DNA from: a virus
Taxonomy: Duplodnaviria > Caudoviricetes
Direction: 5' to 3' (one strand)
Length of the DNA stretch: 34,181 bases
Virus record (IMG/VR): IMGVR_UViG_3300024275_000020
Span: 1 to 34,181 of that record
Part shown: one piece after another, positions 1 through 6,048 of the stretch
Position numbering within the stretch: the first letter of the stretch is position 1
Layout: the number at the start of each line of letters is the position of its first letter
Notes under the pieces: generated by a model
What the model saw: the letters and a program-made list of their open reading frames with translations, nothing else
Told to the model about the DNA's origin: nothing
Database searches by the model: none
Position numbers and translations under genes: made by a program

Positions 1-93
1 TACGGGGACGGGGACGGGGACGGGTACGGGGCTCAACTTTCGATCAGGCCTCTCGTGACCTCGGAGTCGAACGGCACCGCGGAGGACCCGTGA
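1..93 (+). CDS. 3' end of a GDG/GYG-repeat protein (partial)
   Basis: Frame 1 reads YGDGDGDGYGAQLSIRPLVTSESNGTAEDP*; stop overlaps the next GTG (GTGA, 90-93); shares ESNGT with 4466-4840. Confidence 0.75.
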   Translation, partial: YGDGDGDGYGAQLSIRPLVTSESNGTAEDP

Positions 94-560
94 CCGCGCT
101 CCTCTCCGAGCTCCTGGCGAAGCCGGACTACCACCTCGGCGAGCTCGCGATGCTGGCCGTCGAGGACCCGTCGATGGTGCCGGTCCTCGGGGACGCCTGC
201 ATTGAGATGGGGTGGAGGCATGATCTCGTGCCGGCGCTCCTCATCGGCGTGCCTCTCGATCCCGTACCGCCGCCGGAGGCTGGGCTCCGTGCGCGGTTGA
301 ACTGGCAGCGCAAGCGGGCGAGTTCGCTCCGCTTCGCTGCTCAGCAGTGGGACGTCTACGCGGGCAAGACCCCGGCGTGGGCGCGAGCGATGCTCGCGGT
401 CCTGCTCTTCGGCTGGTGGCCGGGTCCGATGGCCTACCGGCACGGAACGCGGTCGCCTTGGCCGGTCGTCCGGCGAAACGCGCAAGCGACACACCTCGCG
501 CAGGAGCGGGCTCGCAGAGACGCGCGCGCAGCAGTGCTTCGACGTACGGCAAACGCATGA
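90..560 (+). CDS. hypothetical protein; N-terminus resembles the TIGR02996 repeat-companion motif
   Basis: GTGA overlap upstream and ATGA downstream; LLSELLAKPD...VLGDACIEMG motif. Confidence 0.7.
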   Translation: MTALLSELLAKPDYHLGELAMLAVEDPSMVPVLGDACIEMGWRHDLVPALLIGVPLDPVPPPEAGLRARLNWQRKRASSLRFAAQQWDVYAGKTPAWARAMLAVLLFGWWPGPMAYRHGTRSPWPVVRRNAQATHLAQERARRDARAAVLRRTANA

Positions 561-598
561 GCGTACCCCATCAAGGCGAGGACGGAGGGAAGCGATGA
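557..598 (+). CDS. 13-aa micro-ORF bridging two genes
   Basis: MSVPHQGEDGGKR*, ATGA overlaps at both ends; contains the GGAGG RBS of the next gene. Confidence 0.35.
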   Translation: MSVPHQGEDGGKR

Positions 599-792
599 GC
601 AGCAGGGCTAAGAAGAAGGGTCGCGGGAACCCGCTGAAGGACAAGACGGAGTCGCTCCCGACGATCGTGTATCGCGACGTCAAGCCCCAGAAGGGCGAGA
701 GCCTCGGATTCGGGCGAGATCGCGCGCGCAAGTACGGCTCGCCGACGCCGACTGTGCAGCTGCCCAGCACCGACGGAGGCCGAGATGGGTGA
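595..792 (+). CDS. small basic hypothetical protein with IVYRDVKP motif
   Basis: GGAGG RBS before ATG 595; fits the operon tiling. Confidence 0.65.
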   Translation: MSSRAKKKGRGNPLKDKTESLPTIVYRDVKPQKGESLGFGRDRARKYGSPTPTVQLPSTDGGRDG

Positions 793-994
793 GCACCTCG
801 CAGATCGGTTGCTCAAGCTGGCGGACGTCCTCCACTGGCTGGGACGCTACGAGGAGTGCAACGCCTGCATCCTGACATCGCGGCTCCTCCGCGTGCACGG
901 TCTCGACGACCTCGGCAAGCTCGAGCTCTTCGTGACGCGCGAGGAAGAGGCGGCACCGGAGCAATCCGGCGAGGACTCGAAGGAGGGTACATGA
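785..994 (+). CDS. hypothetical protein with a TPR-like helix
   Basis: GGAGG RBS; LADVLHWLGRYEEC; ATGA overlap with the next gene. Confidence 0.7.
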   Translation: MGEHLADRLLKLADVLHWLGRYEECNACILTSRLLRVHGLDDLGKLELFVTREEEAAPEQSGEDSKEGT

Positions 995-1179
995 TTCAAG
1001 CGATCTTCGAGTGCGAGCTCTGCGGCGAAGAGTACGAGGAGCATCGCCTGGCAATGCCTCCGCACGTCTGCGAGGACTGTTACGCGGGAGATCCAGAGGA
1101 CTCGCAGGATCTCGAGGACCAACTCGAGCGACTGATGCACTCGCCATCGCCCGCCGCACCTGACCAGGGACCGGAATGA
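991..1179 (+). CDS. small acidic zinc-finger protein
   Basis: AAGGAGG RBS; CELC...CEDC; start trimmed relative to the ORF track. Confidence 0.75.
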   Translation: MIQAIFECELCGEEYEEHRLAMPPHVCEDCYAGDPEDSQDLEDQLERLMHSPSPAAPDQGPE

Positions 1180-1340
1180 GCACGGTCGCGAAGGGGGATC
1201 GTCGGGAGATCGGGAAGATGCTGCGCTTCATGCGCCTAGTGAGAGAGGGGATGCCGCAGTTCCAAGCGTATGGCGAGGTCTACGGGGAGACCGTGTTCGA
1301 GGACAAATCCACCTTGGAGTCGAAGCCGCATGAAGAATAA
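1176..1340 (+). CDS. hypothetical protein (54 aa, absent from ORF track)
   Basis: ATGA overlap; MSTVAKGDRREIGKMLRFMRLVREG...PHEE*; fills the gap in the operon. Confidence 0.65.
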   Translation: MSTVAKGDRREIGKMLRFMRLVREGMPQFQAYGEVYGETVFEDKSTLESKPHEE

Positions 1341-1515
1341 TGGTGACCTCTCGGATGTGACCGACGCCGAGGACCGCATCCTACTTCGGGCAATCTGCAC
1401 AAGCATCAACGGTGCCCTCAAGGCTGGCGTACCTGAGTCGCGGATCATCCAAGCGATCCTGCTCGGCTGGCAGACCACTTCGAAGAACCGGATGCGGATC
1501 AAGGTGTCGCCGTGA
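1330..1515 (+). CDS. hypothetical protein
   Basis: GGAG upstream of ATG 1330; GTGA overlap with the next gene. Confidence 0.65.
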   Translation: MKNNGDLSDVTDAEDRILLRAICTSINGALKAGVPESRIIQAILLGWQTTSKNRMRIKVSP

Positions 1516-1781
1516 CCTACTTGGCTCGTCGTGTCGAGGAGTTGAGCCCAGGTGACGTCCTCAAAGGGCCAGAGGCCTTTGGGACGATGGGGCGGACGAT
1601 CAAGCTTCCAGATCCGACCATCCTAGATGTTGCGATGGTTGGTAACGAGGTCTACGTGAGGCATACCGGGTTCGACGACGACAAGACGCCGTGCGTGCTT
1701 CGCGCGGAACGTGGAGACGTATTCCAGATCCGATCCTCGCCGCCATCATCCGCGGGTCCGACCGAGGAGAAGAAGCCATGA
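1512..1781 (+). CDS. small beta-rich hypothetical protein
   Basis: VEELSPGDVL motif common in small phage proteins; coupled at both ends. Confidence 0.7.
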   Translation: MTYLARRVEELSPGDVLKGPEAFGTMGRTIKLPDPTILDVAMVGNEVYVRHTGFDDDKTPCVLRAERGDVFQIRSSPPSSAGPTEEKKP

Positions 1782-2533
1782 GCGAGGATTACGAACAGCT
1801 CTGTCGTAACGCACTCTCGCTGCACTCTCGGCTAGAGGAGGCCGAGGCTCGCGTCGCGGAGCTCGAGGCGGCGCTCGGCGAGTGCGCTCGTGCGGGCTGC
1901 CCGCGAGCCGCAGATGTGGTGCAGAACCCCGGGCGCGCGGAGCCTTCGGACTCTCGTGCGGCCAACCCTGACGATCGGCGGGAGCCTGGGGGTAGTCGAT
2001 CCGTTACGCCGGTACACGCCACCTCCGGTGATGGCACGCCCCAGGAGTCGCATTCCCCCGCGCCTCCTGGGGCCGCTGTCTTCGGCGCTTCCTCCGCCGC
2101 GTGGGACGCGCCAGAGGCGGCGACGGACAGGTGGCGCACGGGTCGGTCGGTCGGGCGCACGCTGTACTTAGACGACGTGTGCGTGGGCATGGTCGACCGG
2201 CCGGAGATGGCCGCCGCGATCGTCGCCGCGATGAACGCGCACCGGACGGACAAGGCATCGACACGTCGAGATGGGATCCCTCTCTGCGGCGAGCGCACCG
2301 AAGACGGCGTCGCCGAATGCATCCAGGTGGCCGGTCACGAGCAGCGAGGGATGGCGCACGCCTTCCGACCGCGCGCTGCCAACGCGCGGCCAGCCGAGGC
2401 GCTGATGACGTGGGTGCGGCTCTACGCGCTCGCGCGCCCGAAAGGGAAGCACCTGAAGCGTCGGGAGGCCGACCTGTTCGCTGCCTGCGTCGCCGCGGGC
2501 CTCGTCGATCCGGAGTGGCAGGAGAAGCGATGA
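1778..2533 (+). CDS. mosaic hypothetical protein (coiled coil, low-complexity linker, WRxGRxxGRT domain, Cys/His motif)
   Basis: GAGGAG RBS, ATGA overlap; start trimmed to MSEDYEQ. Confidence 0.65.
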   Translation: MSEDYEQLCRNALSLHSRLEEAEARVAELEAALGECARAGCPRAADVVQNPGRAEPSDSRAANPDDRREPGGSRSVTPVHATSGDGTPQESHSPAPPGAAVFGASSAAWDAPEAATDRWRTGRSVGRTLYLDDVCVGMVDRPEMAAAIVAAMNAHRTDKASTRRDGIPLCGERTEDGVAECIQVAGHEQRGMAHAFRPRAANARPAEALMTWVRLYALARPKGKHLKRREADLFAACVAAGLVDPEWQEKR

Positions 2534-2761
2534 ATGGCCCTCGACGACCTGTCGGAGCGGTACAGCCAAATCTTGCGCCTCCTGCGGGACTCGCGACCAT
2601 GCCGCATAACGCCGGCGATCCTGCACACGCGGTACCAAACGCTTCGCCACATGGCGCGACTCGGATGGATCGATCTGCGAGGCGGTCCGGGAACGTGGAG
2701 CGTCACGGTCACGGACAAGGGCGTTGCCCGGCTCCGTGTCTACGACCGCGAGCAACGGTGA
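2534..2761 (+). CDS. putative winged-helix DNA-binding protein
   Basis: AGGAG RBS; LRHMARLGWI...VTVTDKG pattern typical of a wHTH wing. Confidence 0.6.
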   Translation: MALDDLSERYSQILRLLRDSRPCRITPAILHTRYQTLRHMARLGWIDLRGGPGTWSVTVTDKGVARLRVYDREQR

Positions 2762-2786
2762 CTGAGCAGACCGACGAGGATAAGCC

Positions 2787-3071
2787 GTGAGGATTGAGTC
2801 TCATGACGACGACAGCGTCACCGTGACGGCCGGGAGCGTCACTGCGCACATTCGTGGGGACAGCTGGACGGATGCCAACATGGCCGCCCATGCGCTTGGG
2901 GCGTTCCTCGAGGCCCGACGCGAAGTCAACGCATTGATTCGCAAGCTGAATGGGTTGCGAGAGCAAGCCAGGCGCGTCGATTCCGCGGAGCATGAAGTTG
3001 GCGTGCTGCTCGACTGGCTCGACATACCAACGGAGCACCGGACGAAGATCGAAAGCGATGATGACCCCTGA
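2787..3071 (+). CDS. hypothetical protein
   Basis: GAGG RBS before GTG; beta N-terminus plus coiled coil. Confidence 0.65.
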   Translation: MRIESHDDDSVTVTAGSVTAHIRGDSWTDANMAAHALGAFLEARREVNALIRKLNGLREQARRVDSAEHEVGVLLDWLDIPTEHRTKIESDDDP

Positions 3072-3315
3072 AATCCGCCGACCGACAGCCGTTACTACCA
3101 CCATGGGCAAGCCAGCCATCATCGAGTCCACCGACGCCATCCTCGCTCGCTTCCTCGAGGTCGACCTCCTCCTCGCTGGCGCGTTGTCGCTCCCCCGTCC
3201 CGCGCGATGTCCGGACGTGGCCGCCATCGAGCTCAACGCTCGTGGCGTACGCATCCTCCAAGAGCGCACCATCGCGCAAGCCATGACGACGTCGCGACCG
3301 CGGGGGCGGTCATGA
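3058..3315 (+). CDS. hypothetical protein
   Basis: Tiles between neighbours; ATGA overlap at the 3' end; start uncertain (3058/3061/later). Confidence 0.5.
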   Translation: MMTPEIRRPTAVTTTMGKPAIIESTDAILARFLEVDLLLAGALSLPRPARCPDVAAIELNARGVRILQERTIAQAMTTSRPRGRS

Positions 3316-3506
3316 GAGGCTACGTCGAGGAGTCCGAGGAGTCGATCGCACGCCGCACGCTGTTTGCCAAGGCGAGGCTATTCGTTGCCTACGACCTCCT
3401 CTACGGCGAAGAGGAAGGGGCGGTCGACGCACTGTTGTCGGCAGCCTTGGCGTACGCCGTCGCATACGCGGCCACGCAGCCGAAGCCGAAGCGGAGCCGA
3501 CGATGA
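3312..3506 (+). CDS. hypothetical helical protein
   Basis: ATGA overlaps at both ends. Confidence 0.65.
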   Translation: MRGYVEESEESIARRTLFAKARLFVAYDLLYGEEEGAVDALLSAALAYAVAYAATQPKPKRSRR

Positions 3507-3712
3507 ACGCAACCGATCAAGCTCGCGACACCGCAGCCGTAGCCAAGGTTTGCCGATGTTGCGGCGCCACCTACACCGAGACGCAGTGGGCGCGCCTCGA
3601 GCTCTTCGCGGTCCAGCTCTTCTCCGACGAGGCGCTCGAGTATCGGCACTGCACCGGGTCGGGATGCAAAAACACTTTGGCTCGTGTCCTCGTCCAGGCC
3701 ACACGACGATGA
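3503..3712 (+). CDS. small zinc-ribbon protein
   Basis: CRCCG...YRHCTGSGCKNTL; ATGA overlaps at both ends. Confidence 0.7.
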   Translation: MNATDQARDTAAVAKVCRCCGATYTETQWARLELFAVQLFSDEALEYRHCTGSGCKNTLARVLVQATRR

Positions 3713-4021
3713 AGGGCACAGAACAGGAGATGGGATCGATCATGAACGAACAATGCAGGATTGTGGTGTGCCATCGTCGCTGGATCTTCGTCGGTCTCGT
3801 GTCTAGAGAGGATGGGCCCGCCGGCCCGGAGATCGTCATCCGGAGAGCGAAGAATATCCGCCGCTGGGTACGAAGAACGGCCTTGGAGAACTCGCCAACG
3901 GGCCGCTGAAGGAGACCGTGCTGGACGCTGCGCCGCAGCCAGTGTGCTTGCATCCGTTGCAGATATCTGGTCGGGGCCGGTCGACCTGAAGAAGTGGGAA
4001 CGACATCTGGGGCCAGAATGA
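3709..4021 (+). pseudogene. doubly frameshifted conserved phage gene (DUF6948-like)
   Basis: Reads RIVVCHRRWIFVG...NIRRW, then GTKNGLGELANGPLKETVLD...HPLQ, then IWSGPVDLKKWERHLGPE* across three frames; one base missing at ~3866 and at ~3964. Confidence 0.7.
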
Positions 4022-4479
4022 GAACACTAGCCGAACGATTGTGGAACAAGGTCGACAAGACGACCGAGTGTTGGCTATGGACAGCCCACTGCAGTCGGAA
4101 TGGGTATGGCCGAATCAAAGTAGCCGGCGTTGTAAGGGATGCCCATCGCGTGGCCTGGGAACTCGCGAGTGGTGGTATCCCAGACGGACTCGTAGTGATG
4201 CACCAATGCGACAGGCCGCGCTGCGTGCGACCTGAGCACTTGTCCTTGGGTACGTTGCGAGACAACTCTCTAGACATGGTAGCTAAGGGGCGGCAGCGTG
4301 GCCCACGAGGCGAAGCTCATCGATGGTCCAGGCTGACCGACAAGCAGGCAATCGAGATCCGTCGACGACACGTAGCCGGTGAGTCGGCAAAGGGTCTAGC
4401 TAGAGAGTTCGGTGTGCGCCCTTACACTGTCCAGGCCATCGTGAAGAGGCTTACGAGGAAGCACCTTGGTCCCGCCTGA
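4018..4479 (+). CDS. HNH endonuclease (HNH_3 type) with C-terminal HTH; probable free-standing homing endonuclease
   Basis: CWLW...GYG...AHRVAW...VMHQCDRPRCVRPEHL..GT..DN..DM; C-terminal LAREFGV; visibly lower GC than neighbours. Confidence 0.93.
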   Translation: MRTLAERLWNKVDKTTECWLWTAHCSRNGYGRIKVAGVVRDAHRVAWELASGGIPDGLVVMHQCDRPRCVRPEHLSLGTLRDNSLDMVAKGRQRGPRGEAHRWSRLTDKQAIEIRRRHVAGESAKGLAREFGVRPYTVQAIVKRLTRKHLGPA

Positions 4480-4840
4480 CGTCCTCATCCGTTCGTCGGA
4501 TGTCGGTTCGCTAGAGGTCCTTGGGGATTGGTGTATCGAGCACCGAATGAGGGTCTGCGACGCGCTCGGAATCGACTCCGAGGAACTGTTCGACGGCTAC
4601 GGCGACGGCTACGGCGACGGCGACGGCTACGGCGACGGCTACGGCGACGGGAGCTCGTTCTGCCTCGATGGTGGAGGGTGGGCAACGGAGTCGAACGGCA
4701 CGGACAACGATACGAGAGACGAGGCGGGACGAATCGTAATTGCTCTCGTTGACGAGCGGGACGCGCTCAGGTCCCGCGTTGCGGCGGACGTGCAGATCGG
4801 GGGCGAGGGTGATGGTTCTGGCAACGGACCGAAGGAGTGA
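4466..4840 (+). CDS. GDG/GYG-repeat protein (start uncertain, possibly 5'-truncated)
   Basis: VLGDWCIEH...DGYGDGYGDGDGYGDGYGDG...ESNGT; only a TTG start inside the HNH 3' end. Confidence 0.65.
   Translation: MVPPDVLIRSSDVGSLEVLGDWCIEHRMRVCDALGIDSEELFDGYGDGYGDGDGYGDGYGDGSSFCLDGGGWATESNGTDNDTRDEAGRIVIALVDERDALRSRVAADVQIGGEGDGSGNGPKE
4591..4650 (+). repeat. perfect 2 x 30 bp tandem repeat built from GGCGAC/GGCTAC hexamers
   Basis: CGACGGCTACGGCGACGGCTACGGCGACGG at 4591-4620 and 4621-4650. Confidence 0.95.
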
Positions 4841-4842
4841 AC

Positions 4843-5295
4843 ATGGGAACGAAGAACAAGCCTGGGACTTTCGACTGTTACGCCAACGCGCATCCGGACG
4901 AACCGATGTTCGTCCTTCTCGGACGAGACCCGCTCGCCGCTGATCTAGTCGAGGAGTGGGCGCGGCGTCGCGAGGCAGCTTGTGGTCCGTCCTCCAAGGT
5001 CGAGGAGGCTCGAGCGTGCGCCGCGTCGATGCGCAAGTGGGAGGAGAACGGGGCCGAAGGTCCGGAGGGCGCCCCCGGAAACCGAGACGCCTCCGTGCAA
5101 GCGGTGACAGAGCAACGGTCTTGTAAACCGTGTGTCGCCGGTTCAACTCCGGCCCCCAGCCTCGACCCCGCGCAGCGGACAAGCGAGGCGCATACGCCAG
5201 ACGCCGTAGATCCGGCCGAATGCAACGGATCCGCTCCCTACGACGCGACCGAGTCCTCGCCGACCGGGTCCGTTGCCGAAGGAGAGAAGCGATGA
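4843..5295 (+). CDS. conserved small phage protein (DEPxFVLLGRD family) with a long low-complexity extension
   Basis: AAGGAG RBS; MGTKNKPGTFDCYANAHPDEPMFVLLGRDPLA; the C-terminal ~80 aa overlie RNA-like structures. Confidence 0.75.
   Translation: MGTKNKPGTFDCYANAHPDEPMFVLLGRDPLAADLVEEWARRREAACGPSSKVEEARACAASMRKWEENGAEGPEGAPGNRDASVQAVTEQRSCKPCVAGSTPAPSLDPAQRTSEAHTPDAVDPAECNGSAPYDATESSPTGSVAEGEKR
5110..5161 (+). tRNA. truncated/pseudo tRNA-Thr(TGT), 3' two-thirds only
   Basis: GAGC-A, anticodon arm ACGGT-CTTGTAA-ACCGT, variable loop GTGTC, T-arm GCCGG-TTCAACT-CCGGC, 3' acceptor CCCCAGC; no matching 5' acceptor or GCTC D-strand. Confidence 0.7.
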
Positions 5296-5364
5296 GTCGG
5301 AGCACGGACCGATGAGCCCCTGGAAGGTGGAGAAGGGCGGTCTGTCCTATTGACTGGTAAGGGA

Positions 5365-6048
5365 CTAAGCCGCGAGCGGGAACGTCGCATCCCCGTGGTC
5401 CGCGAGCGCCGCCTCATAGTCCCCCCACGACATCGAGAACATCCCGCCCGCGCCCCACGACGCGCCCCAAGAATTCCAAAACCACACGAGGCGCTCTGAT
5501 GCGCGTCGCGCGGACGCGTCGATCCCGGCAAGCTCGATCTCGTGCCCCCCGCGGATCTCGCCGTCATAGACGACCTCGCCGCTCGCATCGGGCGAATCGC
5601 AGCCCTCTCGCCAAGAGAGCCCCGTGATGCCAGGGCGGAGCACGAGCGCCCGCAGCGCGGAGTCGAGCGAGAACGTATGGCTGTAGCCTTTGATGAGACC
5701 GCGCGCCTTGAGAACCTTCATCACGGCGATCCCGCTCGATCCGGTGTCGTCAGGAGGATAGACCCCGGAGACGTCGTCGATCTTCGTTGCCGCGGAGTAG
5801 ACGTCGACGGCTTCGTTCTCGGTCCCCTGATGGGCGAATGGCGCGGTGGAGATGCAGCCAACAGCTGCGTTGCCGCAGCAGCTACCTAGTGATCCCTGGT
5901 CGAAGACGGGTACGAGCCGCTTGTGCATGACGGAGATGATCCGCGGCGCCATCGCAGCAGGATGCCCCCACGACCGGGGATCATGATGTACATGGCGGCC
6001 GAGGCGCTTCCCTGGAACGTGCCGCTCGGTCAGGCGGATGCTCTTCAT
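5365..6048 (-). CDS. papain-like (C1 family) cysteine peptidase
   Basis: DQGSLGSCCGNA (Gln, Cys), GGHEI (His), NSWGASWG (Asn). Confidence 0.9.
   Translation of the reverse strand: MKSIRLTERHVPGKRLGRHVHHDPRSWGHPAAMAPRIISVMHKRLVPVFDQGSLGSCCGNAAVGCISTAPFAHQGTENEAVDVYSAATKIDDVSGVYPPDDTGSSGIAVMKVLKARGLIKGYSHTFSLDSALRALVLRPGITGLSWREGCDSPDASGEVVYDGEIRGGHEIELAGIDASARRASERLVWFWNSWGASWGAGGMFSMSWGDYEAALADHGDATFPLAA

Noticed and set aside
2530-2790. Alternative 86-aa ORF starting at the ATGA overlap
   Set aside because: Low-complexity translation; overlapping 2534-2761 has a wHTH-like pattern and better RBS spacing; not fully excluded
3860-3970. Programmed frameshifting in the DUF6948-like gene
   Set aside because: No X XXY YYZ heptamer at either site and two shifts would be required
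4591-4650. CRISPR array or iteron origin
   Set aside because: Tandem coding hexamer repeats with no unique spacers
5089-5164. Intact functional tRNA-Thr
   Set aside because: 5' acceptor and D-stem strands do not pair with their 3' partners; no CCA
5316-5364. Bidirectional intrinsic terminator between the convergent operons
   Set aside because: Only a weak stem and no U-tract on either strand
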